A stretch of DNA of 50,961 bases from Eubacteriales bacterium. GTDB lineage: Bacteria; Bacillota; Clostridia; Oscillospirales; CAG-272. The stretch is from assembly GCA_045602215.1 (NCBI GenBank), contig JAZSBE010000046.1, forward strand, positions 1 to 50,961. Reading direction: 5' to 3'. The notes under the pieces were generated by a model. That model did no database searches. It saw only the letters and a list, made by a program, of their open reading frames with translations, and had not been told where the DNA came from. This document shows, piece by piece, positions 8,851-17,492 of this stretch. Position 1 is the stretch's first letter, and every line of letters begins with the position of its first letter. Both the position numbers and the translations under genes were made by a program.

Positions 8851-11800
8851 TTATTTGAAGTTTTGCGCCGATCCAAAGCGGAAGGACAGATGCGTTGCGA
8901 GCCATGCCGCGAGAGTCCCCACACCCTGGAACGCAAGGGCGAGCAACAGGGGAATTCCCTGCAGCATCTCGGTCATACGGAAGGAGATGAGCGCGGAGAG
9001 TGTCGCGCCGATGATCGCAAGGACGGGGAGCGCGAGGTAGCCCACCGAGCGGATCTGACTGATGACGTTGGCGGCGACCAGAGGACGCACCGCGTCAAAG
9101 CGGTCGCCCAAGGCGAACGCGCCGCAGTCGGCGATCTCGGTTGCCTCGTCGTTTTCGTATTTTCCTGGCTTGATCACGCGGACGTATTCGACCCCCTCTG
9201 CTCGGCTTGCCTGCAGGAAGGCGTCGTTGATGGCGGGATCGTAGGTGCGGATCGCGCAGTCGGTGGCGTGCTCGGAGAGGATCATCACCGTCTGCTCAAA
9301 TTTCGGGGAGACCTCGTATTCGATCTCATAGGTCAATTTGAGGACGCCGTTGATGGCGATATAGGTCACGCTGACGTTTTCTGCACGCGACGCCGCGCGG
9401 TCGGTGCTCTCCTTGGGGATTCTGACGCCGCTTCTCGTGAGGAATCCTGCGTCACCCGCCAAGAGGTGATAGTGATTGTCAATGACTGCCTCGGTGCCGC
9501 TCTCTCCCAGTCTCACGAAGGTCACCGAGGGGTCACTCGGGTTGACCTTGCAAAGGGGATTGAAGGCTCCGTTCATCTTGCGGAAGAGAATGCTTGCAAG
9601 CTGCATATCGCGGCGGAAGTCCTCTCCCTCGCGAACCATCGTCTGGGTGCATTTTTTTGCAAGATAGAGATCGCTGTCATGGAAGATGACCGTCTTTGGC
9701 TTGGCGTATTCCACCACCGACTCCTCTCCCACCAGAGCACAGCCCTTTTCATTCAGAAGACGGTTGGCGTGGCAGAGGGGGTAATAGAAGAGCAGGACGG
9801 CAGGGAGGGGAAGCGAGAACAGAAGGGTGAGGATCACGGCGGATATCACGCCCTGTGTCTGCATCGAGGAGACCGCGCAGACAAATCCAACGAGGAAGGC
9901 AAGTGCCGCGCTCACAAGAAGCAAAATCCCGAAGGGGCGTGCAGCGGACGAGGTGTCGTTGCATCTGCGGAAAAAGCCGGTGATGCGCTTTGCGCGGTGC
10001 AGCTTGTAAAGGTTTTGGTCAACGTCATCGTTGACGATCTTGACGATCTTGTCTCCGTGGCGGAGCTTTTGCTTGTGCGATTCCGCTGGCTCAAGAACCG
10101 TCTTGTCTGCGGCGTTTGCGAGAATGCGGAAGACGCGCATTTCAGACGAGAGACGCGCGGCGTCCATCACTGCCGTCAGAAGGAGCGCCGCCAGAACAAG
10201 CAGGGCACCCGAAACGATTGCGTCGCCGCGTCCTACAAGGAAGACGTTCGCGATCTCGGAGAAGAGACCGATGGGGTAAAGGATCGCACAGACCGAATAG
10301 GGGGTGGGCGCAAAGTGAAAAAAGCTTTGCAGACCTGCCCGAATCTGTCGGTAGGAGAAGAATCCCGCGATCGCCAGAATGAGAATGGCTGACAGGGGGA
10401 GAAGCTGCGGGATGCGCTCGCGAATGCCCGAGAAGGGCTCGCCAAAGAGCGCGGGGATCTCGATCGGAAGCAACAGGAGCGTGAGGAGCGCGGTGATCAC
10501 CAGACGGACGATCAGGGTCTTCTTGTCCCTGACGTAATTGGAAAGAATGCGCTCTCCCGATTCCTCACCGGTATATTCGCGGTTGCGGTAACCGAACGCC
10601 GTGCGGTAGGTTGACGGATCGCTTGGCCTTGTGGCGCGAAGATGCGCCGTCTTGAGCTGGCGCAGAGGCTCCGAGCCGATCAGACGGCCGAGCTCATGGT
10701 CGTATCCAAGCTCGAGGATCATGCTGACGTCGTCGGGAGTCATCCCCGTCTTTCTCTCTACGTATCGCAAAAGCTCCTCGTGCGTGAGGGCGTGCACGTT
10801 TCCTCTGAGATTTGCGGCGGATGCGTTGCCATCTGCAAAGGACGCGCCCGCAAAGGGATCCTCCTGCGCGACGTTCTCCAGAACGACGTCAAGTCCTTCG
10901 TCCTCGGGGCGCGCGCGAATGGGAGTGGGTCTCTCCTGCGATCTCTGCGCGGACTTGCCCTTGATGACAGGTGCGCGTCTTGCGTCTGCGGATCGCGGAA
11001 GGGAGACCCCCGATCTCTCTCCCGTCCTCGCCGCAGGCTTTGCGGGGGCGGGGCGAGGAGACGATGCTTGGGGCTTTTGTGGGGGTATGATTTTTTGGGT
11101 TGTTCTTGGCATAGAAACGTTTCCCTCCACTCTGATGGGTTGTGGCGATCTTTCGGGCTGCTTTGGCTTGATCACGATGGGGGTCGTGGATCTGAGATCG
11201 CTCTTGGGTTTGATCACGATGGTATCGCTCGGCGGTTCCTTCACGGGTGCCGGCTTTTTCGGAGCTTTTGGAGGCTCCTGCTCGATCACGGGGCCGATGA
11301 CGCGCACGAGCGGTTTTTTTGGCTCGGGCGGGGGCAGGGGTGTTTCCTCTGCCTCTTGTTCCTCGGGCTGTGGCTCGGGGGACGTGGGCTCTTCCCACTC
11401 GGACGCGACCGTATCCATCGGTTCTTCGTCCGTATCTTCCTCAACGATGGATTCCTCAATCAAGGATTCCTCAACGTTGATTTCTTCAATGGGATCTTCC
11501 TCAATGGGATCTTCCTCGATCGGGGATTCCTCAATCAGATCTTCTTCGATCGGAATTTCTTCGATGAAAAGCTCTTCCGCGACGGATTCCTCGGCTGCGA
11601 ATACTTCTTCAGCAGGCTCCTCGGCGGGGAGTTCCTCAATCACGGGCTCCTCGGGGAGTGCTTCTTCCGTCGGCTCTTCCTCAACGATGGGGGCGATCTC
11701 CTCGATCACGGGTTCCTCGGGGAGCACTTCTTCCATCGGCGCTTCCTCCACGATGGGGGCGATCTCCTCCTCTACGGGTTCCTCAACGGGAATCGGTTCG

Positions 11801-12057
11801 GGGTGCGGGGGAAGGTCGAGCGCGGGGGGAGCGGGCTTCGGTTGCTTTTTCTTGCCGCTTTTTTTCGCCTTGTCCACGGAGGGCTTTCCTCCCGTGACGC
11901 GGCTGAGCATACCCGCGATCTTCTTCTGAAATTCCAATTCGTCCGAATCGGGCGCCTCCTCACGTGGCGCCTTCTTTTGGGAGGACGACAAAACCGCCTC
12001 CTGCAGCTTTTGCAGAAGCTCGGATGCTTTTTGCGAATCAAAATTCTTCTTTTTCAA
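8851..12057 (-). CDS. Large membrane protein: Glu/Pro-rich low-complexity N-terminus plus degenerate P1B-type ATPase-like C-terminal part
   Basis: 1068-aa ORF, several TM segments; LPLPAVLLFYYP...GCALVGEESV...TVIFHDSDL resembles the CPC..GILIK..TIVFDKTGT region of P1B ATPases but lacks the catalytic residues. Confidence 0.6.
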   Translation of the reverse strand: MKKKNFDSQKASELLQKLQEAVLSSSQKKAPREEAPDSDELEFQKKIAGMLSRVTGGKPSVDKAKKSGKKKQPKPAPPALDLPPHPEPIPVEEPVEEEIAPIVEEAPMEEVLPEEPVIEEIAPIVEEEPTEEALPEEPVIEELPAEEPAEEVFAAEESVAEELFIEEIPIEEDLIEESPIEEDPIEEDPIEEINVEESLIEESIVEEDTDEEPMDTVASEWEEPTSPEPQPEEQEAEETPLPPPEPKKPLVRVIGPVIEQEPPKAPKKPAPVKEPPSDTIVIKPKSDLRSTTPIVIKPKQPERSPQPIRVEGNVSMPRTTQKIIPPQKPQASSPRPAPAKPAARTGERSGVSLPRSADARRAPVIKGKSAQRSQERPTPIRARPEDEGLDVVLENVAQEDPFAGASFADGNASAANLRGNVHALTHEELLRYVERKTGMTPDDVSMILELGYDHELGRLIGSEPLRQLKTAHLRATRPSDPSTYRTAFGYRNREYTGEESGERILSNYVRDKKTLIVRLVITALLTLLLLPIEIPALFGEPFSGIRERIPQLLPLSAILILAIAGFFSYRQIRAGLQSFFHFAPTPYSVCAILYPIGLFSEIANVFLVGRGDAIVSGALLVLAALLLTAVMDAARLSSEMRVFRILANAADKTVLEPAESHKQKLRHGDKIVKIVNDDVDQNLYKLHRAKRITGFFRRCNDTSSAARPFGILLLVSAALAFLVGFVCAVSSMQTQGVISAVILTLLFSLPLPAVLLFYYPLCHANRLLNEKGCALVGEESVVEYAKPKTVIFHDSDLYLAKKCTQTMVREGEDFRRDMQLASILFRKMNGAFNPLCKVNPSDPSVTFVRLGESGTEAVIDNHYHLLAGDAGFLTRSGVRIPKESTDRAASRAENVSVTYIAINGVLKLTYEIEYEVSPKFEQTVMILSEHATDCAIRTYDPAINDAFLQASRAEGVEYVRVIKPGKYENDEATEIADCGAFALGDRFDAVRPLVAANVISQIRSVGYLALPVLAIIGATLSALISFRMTEMLQGIPLLLALAFQGVGTLAAWLATHLSFRFGSAQNFK
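11440..11795 (-). repeat. Coding low-complexity repeats (EEIAPIVEE x2, IEEDP-like 15-bp tandem units)
   Basis: Imperfect tandem TCTTCCTCAATGGGA-like units around 11484-11525 and a duplicated LPEEPVIEE / EEIAPIVEE. Confidence 0.7.
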
Positions 12058-12094
12058 GCGTCATCCCTCCCATCGGATCGAGTTTTTTGCTGTT

Positions 12095-12997
12095 TTAGTT
12101 CTTCTTGTGATGCTGGCGCGCCACCTCTGCCAGAATGATGGCGGTGGCGGCGGAAACGTTAAAGGAGTTGACCTCGCCGTAGATCGGAATGGAGATGATC
12201 CCGTCGCACGCCTTGACGACCGATTGCGAGACGCCGTCTCCCTCACTGCCCATGACGATGGCGCAAGGACCTGTGAAATCGGTGTCGTAGACGTTGGGAC
12301 CTCCCGCCTCGGCGGCGAATACCCAAACGCCCTCCTTCTTGAGCTGTTCCACGGTGTTGGCGATGTTTGCGACCTTGGCAATGGGCAGATGCTCGATCGC
12401 GCCTGCCGACGCCTTGGTGACCAGAGGCGTCAGACCGCTGGCGCGTCGCTTGGGGATCACCAGTCCGTGCGCGCCGCAGCAGACCGCGCTCCGAATGATC
12501 GCGCCGAGGTTATAAGGGTCGGTCACGCCGTCGCAGAGCACCAGGAAGGGAGGCTCGTTCTTCTCCCGCGCGGCGGCGAGAATGTCCTCCACGGTGCAGT
12601 ATTCCTTCTCGGACGCCTGCGCGATCACGCCCTGATGAGGCGCAAAGCCCGCCATGGCGTCCAGCTTTGCCTTGTCGGTCTCCACAACGGGGATGCCCTT
12701 CTCGATCGCCTGGGCAACGAGCACCACGATGGAGCCTGTCCGTTCGCCGCGCTGGACGAGAAGCTTGTCGATGGCGCGGTCGGATTTGAGCAGCTCGCGA
12801 ACGGCGTTTCTGCCGATGACCAGACCGTTTTCCGCGTCCTCAACGCCAACCGACAGGTTGTCGCGCTCCTGCGCGCGAGGCTTCTCGGCGTAGGGGCGGG
12901 AGGGCTTGTCCCGTCTGTCGGAGGAATAGGGACGGCCACCCTCGGGGCGGCGGTCGCGGGCGTTGTTTTTCTGCTTATTTTTCGACTTGTAATCCAT
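12095..12997 (-). CDS. rlmB: 23S rRNA (guanosine-2251-2'-O)-methyltransferase, SpoU/TrmH family
   Basis: IGRNAVRELL, HQGVIA, DGVTDPYNLGAIIRSA, KASAGA, MGSEGDG, SFNVSAA. Confidence 0.92.
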   Translation of the reverse strand: MDYKSKNKQKNNARDRRPEGGRPYSSDRRDKPSRPYAEKPRAQERDNLSVGVEDAENGLVIGRNAVRELLKSDRAIDKLLVQRGERTGSIVVLVAQAIEKGIPVVETDKAKLDAMAGFAPHQGVIAQASEKEYCTVEDILAAAREKNEPPFLVLCDGVTDPYNLGAIIRSAVCCGAHGLVIPKRRASGLTPLVTKASAGAIEHLPIAKVANIANTVEQLKKEGVWVFAAEAGGPNVYDTDFTGPCAIVMGSEGDGVSQSVVKACDGIISIPIYGEVNSFNVSAATAIILAEVARQHHKKN

Positions 12998-13244
12998 AAG
13001 AATGAGACGATTCCTTTCTCAAAGCCGTCGGGGATAGCCCCACAGCAATAAAATGCCTATTTTATATATTGTAACATATTTTTTATACTTTGTATAGAGT
13101 TTTTTGAAATTTCTCGGGGGAAAAGGCGGAAAAAAGGTTGACACGTTGCGACAAAAAAGGAGAGAAGGATTGCTTTTTCGGGAAAAGCGGGAAAACACCC
13201 GAAAAAGGGGAGAAAAAATTCAATAAAAAAATTTCAAAAAGGAC

Positions 13245-13273
13245 TTGCAATTAGAAAGGGAATGTGGTATAAT
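13245..13273 (+). promoter_or_regulatory. sigmaA promoter of tRNA-Trp with A-rich UP-like region
   Basis: TTGCAA-17-TATAAT, TG extension, A-tracts upstream. Confidence 0.8.
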
Positions 13274-13300
13274 ATCGAATGTTACGGAAAAACCGTACAC

Positions 13301-13376
13301 AGGGGTATAGCTCAGCTGGTAGAGTACCGGTCTCCAAAACCGTGGGTCGCGGGTTCGAATCCTCCTGCCCCTGCCA
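13301..13376 (+). tRNA. trnW: tRNA-Trp (CCA)
   Basis: 76-nt cloverleaf AGGGGTA...TGCCCCT-G-CCA, anticodon loop CTCCAAA, GTTCGAAT T-loop; C27-U43 and C50-C64 mismatches. Confidence 0.95.
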
Positions 13377-13389
13377 TAAGAAAAGGCAC

Positions 13390-13749
13390 GCCAATCGGCG
13401 TGCCTTTTCTTATGGCAGGGGCAGGACGCACGAAGGAGTCGTGCGCACGCGAAGCGTGCCCGCGGCGAACTTTGCGGTTTCGCTTGCGAAATGACGGCGT
13501 TTAGCCGTCAAGCAAATTCTCTACGAGCGACGCCTTTGCGGCGCGAAGTTCGGTTCAGAATCCTCCTGCCGCCAATCGGCGTGCCTTTTCTTATGGCAGG
13601 GGCAGGACGCACGACGGAGGCGTGCGCACGCGAAGCGTGCCCGCGGCGACGTTTGCGGTTTTGTGTGCCGCGCGCGCAAAACGGCGGTGTCGAGCCGCCG
13701 AGCAAACTCGTAATTTGCCCGAAGGGCAAATTTAGGTTCAGAATCCTCC
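13390..13749. repeat. Two ~181-bp structured tandem units carrying inverted and direct copies of the tRNA-Trp 3' end
   Basis: Units start GCCAATCGGCGTGCCTTTTCTTATGGCAGGGGCAGGACGCACGA at 13390 and 13571; each ends GGTTCAGAATCCTCC. Confidence 0.88.
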
Positions 13750-13763
13750 GGTCCTGTGTTATA

Positions 13764-13800
13764 AAAAAGCCACGGATTCTAAAATCCGTGGCAAATCTTT
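13764..13800. terminator. Terminator-like hairpin
   Basis: AAAAAA-GCCACGGATT / AATCCGTGGC; the U-tract suits the minus-strand 13839-14033 gene. Confidence 0.6.
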
Positions 13801-13838
13801 TGTTTGTTAAATTTCGATTTATAAAGCCGACCTTGCGC

Positions 13839-14033
13839 CTATTCATTTCTTCCTCTTACCCAATCAACGATCCCGATCACGCCGATCACTGCAAATCCGA
13901 TCGCCAAGATGAGGGTTACCGTCCATTTCAGCATCGCCTCGCCGTTGACCGCAAGGACGATATAACTGGCGATCGCAGCAACGCCAACGACAAGCTGTAC
14001 GATGGAAGCAATCAAATTCCAAGTCGTTCTCAT
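13839..14033 (-). CDS. Small hypothetical membrane protein (2 TM)
   Basis: 64 aa, two hydrophobic helices, GAGG RBS. Confidence 0.6.
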   Translation of the reverse strand: MRTTWNLIASIVQLVVGVAAIASYIVLAVNGEAMLKWTVTLILAIGFAVIGVIGIVDWVRGRNE

Positions 14034-14200
14034 GTGATTTCTACCTCTGATATTCCAAATTGTGCACCACCAAAATATAAATGATTTTGGTTTTTCGCTT
14101 CGACACCATCATTATAGCACTGAATTTTATGTTTGCCAATACTTTTTTCATGTTTTACGATAATTTTTATTTGATAAAGCGAGAAGTGGAGAAGCCCTCA

Positions 14201-14229
14201 TTGACTTTCGGCTTTCTTTCTGCTATAAT
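14201..14229 (+). promoter_or_regulatory. sigmaA promoter (extended -10)
   Basis: TTGACT-17-TATAAT with TG. Confidence 0.75.
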
Positions 14230-14262
14230 AAATGCAGCGAATTTTGCACAGGGGGAAGGACT

Positions 14263-15150
14263 ATGAAGCTTTACGCCCCAAACTATTATCACAGGTTCGG
14301 GTGTATTGCCGATCGGTGCGAGCATAGCTGCTGCGTCGGTTGGGAGATCGACATTGACGGCGATACGCTTGAAAAATACCAACGTCTTCCCAGCGGCGGG
14401 TACGGAGACGTGATCCGTGAGAGCATTTCCATGGAGGACACGCCGCATTTTCGGCTGGGCGCGGGAGAGCGATGCCCGCATCTTGACGAGCGCGGACTTT
14501 GCAGGATCATTCTCGGCGTGGGGGAGGATTACCTTTGCGATATCTGCCGCGAGCATCCGAGATTTTATAATTTCACAAGCGTTGCCGAGGTGGGCGTGGG
14601 AATGTCCTGCCAAGAGGCGGCAAGGCTGATCCTGTCGTCATCCGACTATGCAGAGATAGAGCAGGTGGGAGAGGTGGACGCCGAGGCGGACGGCGTGGAG
14701 TTTGACGGGCGCGAGGAACGCGCCAAGATCTACGCGATTTTGCAGGACGTCACGCGCGACTATGCCGAGCGGTTGGGGGACGTCTACCGTGCGTACGGAA
14801 TTGACGCGGGGGCGGACGGCGATTGGCTGGAGATCCTCGACTCGCTGGAATACCTCAACCCCGATCACAAAGAAACTTTCATGAAATATTCGTCCGCGTG
14901 CCGCCCCAAGGGGTGTGACGAGGCCTTGGAGCGGTTTTTGGCGTATTTCATCTACCGCCATTGCACCGAGGCGGTCGATGCGGAGGATTTTGAGATAAGG
15001 CTCTCGTTTTGCCTGTTCTGCGAGCGGCTGTTCGCCTCCCTGATCTGCGCCGAGGGGGCAAGCACGCTTGGGGAGCTTGCAGAGATTGCGAGTATGATCT
15101 CGGAGGAGATCGAATATTCCGATGAGAATACCGTGGCGCTCATGGATTGA
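14263..15150 (+). CDS. fliB: Flagellin lysine-N-methylase (FliB) family Cys-cluster protein
   Basis: PNYYHRFGCIADRCEHSCCVGWEIDID, CPHLDERGLC, LCDICREHPRF, SCQEAARLIL, SEEIEYSDEN. Confidence 0.8.
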   Translation: MKLYAPNYYHRFGCIADRCEHSCCVGWEIDIDGDTLEKYQRLPSGGYGDVIRESISMEDTPHFRLGAGERCPHLDERGLCRIILGVGEDYLCDICREHPRFYNFTSVAEVGVGMSCQEAARLILSSSDYAEIEQVGEVDAEADGVEFDGREERAKIYAILQDVTRDYAERLGDVYRAYGIDAGADGDWLEILDSLEYLNPDHKETFMKYSSACRPKGCDEALERFLAYFIYRHCTEAVDAEDFEIRLSFCLFCERLFASLICAEGASTLGELAEIASMISEEIEYSDENTVALMD

Positions 15151-15175
15151 CAATTTTGCCAACGTGTGGTATAAT
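15147..15175 (+). promoter_or_regulatory. sigmaA promoter
   Basis: TTGACA-17-TATAAT overlapping the fliB stop codon. Confidence 0.75.
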
Positions 15176-15207
15176 ATAATCGAACAAGCCCTGAAAGGAG
15201 AGAAATC

Positions 15208-15789
15208 ATGACGAAAAAACAGATTTTAACCGATCGGGAGATCGAAAAGGACATTGCGACTGCCATAAAGCACCCTGCCGAAATGGCGGAACATGCCTAT
15301 AGGAAATGGAACGTTGCCGCAATTTTTTCGGGGTGTGGGTTGTTTGTTTTGGGGATCGTGTGGTACGATATGATCCTTTGGGTGTTGCTCGGAATGATTG
15401 CCCTCGGTGTTGTGGTTGCAATTCTTCAGTATTTTGATAGAAGGCGTCGGACGAGGCGGATGTCAATTCGTGACTATGAGATCACGGTTGAGATCTTACA
15501 TAGCAAGGAATACGAGCATTACGTCGAGAGAAACATCGGCCACAAGGGCACACGCAAGAGCAGGCCGATCGATAACTACACCTGGCGTTTTGAAAACGGG
15601 CAGGTCTGGCGGATGCCCACGAGGATCTACCTCTGGTGCGACCGTTATTCTATGGCGCGGGAGCGCGTCCATGAGATGATCCACCGCGGAGACTCCTTTA
15701 TCGTTGTGACGAAAAAGGAGAGCGGCGACGTCGTTGTGGCGTATCCCTGCGAGATCTTTGAGTATCGAAAGGAATCTATCAACAAATAG
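15208..15789 (+). CDS. Hypothetical membrane protein (2 N-terminal TM helices)
   Basis: AAGGAG RBS, own promoter and terminator, 193 aa. Confidence 0.75.
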   Translation: MTKKQILTDREIEKDIATAIKHPAEMAEHAYRKWNVAAIFSGCGLFVLGIVWYDMILWVLLGMIALGVVVAILQYFDRRRRTRRMSIRDYEITVEILHSKEYEHYVERNIGHKGTRKSRPIDNYTWRFENGQVWRMPTRIYLWCDRYSMARERVHEMIHRGDSFIVVTKKESGDVVVAYPCEIFEYRKESINK

Positions 15790-15790
15790 T

Positions 15791-15831
15791 AAAAGGTCAG
15801 CCGTGCGCTTTTGGGGGCGGCTGACCTTTTT
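15791..15831. terminator. Bidirectional intrinsic terminator
   Basis: AAAAGGTCAGCCG / CGGCTGACCTTTT between convergent genes. Confidence 0.75.
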
Positions 15832-15850
15832 GGTAGTGAGCGCGAATTTT

Positions 15851-16120
15851 TCAATGATTTCTTTTATACAACACGATCCCCGCGACGATCTGCGCCAGCG
15901 AAATCAAGATAGCTACGGTGATCGGTACAATGCCCCAAGGGTTGTTGTGATCCGTGATCAGCACCGCTCCCCATAAGACAAGCGCCGCGACACCGACAAA
16001 CACGAGAATGGCGATCGCTCTTGCAATCCAGATGTACCGATGGCTCCTGTTCTTTTCGGGGACGATGAGAAACATCAGCTCTCCGTATACCTCGAATAAA
16101 ATTTCTGCAAGCAATTCCAT
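15851..16120 (-). CDS. Small hypothetical membrane protein
   Basis: 89 aa, GGAGG RBS, two TM helices, directly downstream of the M50 peptidase gene. Confidence 0.7.
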   Translation of the reverse strand: MELLAEILFEVYGELMFLIVPEKNRSHRYIWIARAIAILVFVGVAALVLWGAVLITDHNNPWGIVPITVAILISLAQIVAGIVLYKRNH

Positions 16121-16134
16121 GGGAATCCTCCGAT

Positions 16135-17274
16135 TTAAGCATTCACGATCAATTTTTCTGCCCGTTCCATCAGCGCGCGCTCGGCTTGCGCGTCGGTTGG
16201 GTAGGGGTAGGCTTTCATCTGCTTTTCATACTGTTCCTTGATCCTTTCCGCCTTTGCTACGTCCTTCTCACCAAGGAGCGCGTAGGCATACGCAGTGCGA
16301 AGGACGGACGGGAAGCTTTTCATCTGCTTCATGAAGCTCTTTTGCTGTTTGTCGAGCATTTTTTCAACTACCTCCGCGCGGTTGGCGGCGGTCAACTCGA
16401 TGTACATACGGTCGCAAACAAGCAGATTGCGGTAGAGCCCCATCATGCCGCTCTCGATCTTGAGCAGATGCTCCATCAGCGTGTCCGCTTCTTCATGGTT
16501 TCCCTCGTCCATCAAGCGGTTGCAGGCGAATACCCCCATCACGGCGGTCAGGCTGTTTTTCATGGCTTCGTCAGAGGGGACGGTGAACCAGTCGTCGGGC
16601 ATATCCCGAAGTCTGACGCCGAGAGCCATCTGCTCGTTGACCTTGAGCTGCAACCAAAAGGAGCGCATCGCCTCGCTGCTGCGAGAGACGGAAAGGGCGT
16701 TGTAGCCGTCGTTATCCACCGTGCCCGTTCTCATGGGGATTCCGTTTGTGAATGCAAGGATAAACCCAAAGACGGCAAGGAGAGGGAAGAGGATAGCAAG
16801 GATGGGAACGTTTCGCATGGCGAAGGATAGCCCTACAAATGCGATACCCGTGATCGCATTGAGAATAGAGCCGCCGAAATTGTAAAGCGCGACGGGGATT
16901 TTTCTGTCCTTCATGTCGGGAGGGCTCATCAGACATTGACCTGCCGTTCCTGCGATGCTGAGCTTTTTGCATTTGATGTTGCCGTTTTGCTTGATCCACA
17001 TCAGGGAGCCGATGCGGAAGGAGGTGAAGCGGTAGCCCGACAGCAGTCCGAAGATCAGGTGTCCTCCTTCGTGGATGATTAACTGAAGGTAGATCGCGGC
17101 GAACACCGCGGCGCAGTAAATTGCAAAAAAGAGAATGGCGTTGTCAGGCATGGCGTCGCTGCCTACGTACAGGGTGAAGTATCTTGTCATAAGGAATACA
17201 CACCCCGCGCAGAGGAGCAGGACCAATGCCATGGATAATACTTGTTGCCACGTTGCTTTTTTCTTGTTGTTCAT
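16135..17274 (-). CDS. M50 (site-2 protease) family metallopeptidase
   Basis: HEGGH zinc motif in a TM helix, GGSILN, NGIP...NDG motif. Confidence 0.85.
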   Translation of the reverse strand: MNNKKKATWQQVLSMALVLLLCAGCVFLMTRYFTLYVGSDAMPDNAILFFAIYCAAVFAAIYLQLIIHEGGHLIFGLLSGYRFTSFRIGSLMWIKQNGNIKCKKLSIAGTAGQCLMSPPDMKDRKIPVALYNFGGSILNAITGIAFVGLSFAMRNVPILAILFPLLAVFGFILAFTNGIPMRTGTVDNDGYNALSVSRSSEAMRSFWLQLKVNEQMALGVRLRDMPDDWFTVPSDEAMKNSLTAVMGVFACNRLMDEGNHEEADTLMEHLLKIESGMMGLYRNLLVCDRMYIELTAANRAEVVEKMLDKQQKSFMKQMKSFPSVLRTAYAYALLGEKDVAKAERIKEQYEKQMKAYPYPTDAQAERALMERAEKLIVNA

Positions 17275-17402
17275 TTTTTCTCTCCCAAATTTGACTTGGA
17301 TTTTCTGATAAGCTTATTATATCATAAATGTAAGGGGAAGTAAAGGTGGAGGGGAAAAGAGGAAAAGGAGAATTTTTTGTCATATGAATTTCGATTTTGG
17401 TA

Positions 17403-17462
17403 TTGACAACGAGACATCAATGTGGTATAATGCTATAGACCTCATAGGCATTGCCCTATGAA
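17403..17462 (+). promoter_or_regulatory. sigmaA promoter of the LysR gene plus candidate operator
   Basis: TTGACA-17-TATAAT (17403-17431); CTCATA-N10-TATGAA at 17441-17462. Confidence 0.65.
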
Positions 17463-17492
17463 GATGTGAGAGAATGGTTTGAGGGAGGGCGT

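Noticed and set aside
11440-11795. CRISPR-like or non-coding tandem array
   Set aside because: The repeats are in-frame coding low-complexity units without unique spacers; no cas genes are present.
1955-13051. Long plus-strand ORFs (1955-3403, 6234-8435, 8695-10392, 10631-11929, 10642-12138, 12107-13051)
   Set aside because: Antisense to well-supported genes; expected from GC-rich codon bias; no motifs.
13301-13376. UGA-to-Trp code reassignment
   Set aside because: Several conserved genes end at TGA at the expected length and no in-frame TGA interrupts conserved ORFs.
13262-14084. ORFs overlapping the tRNA and its repeats
   Set aside because: They are translations of tRNA and hairpin repeat sequence.
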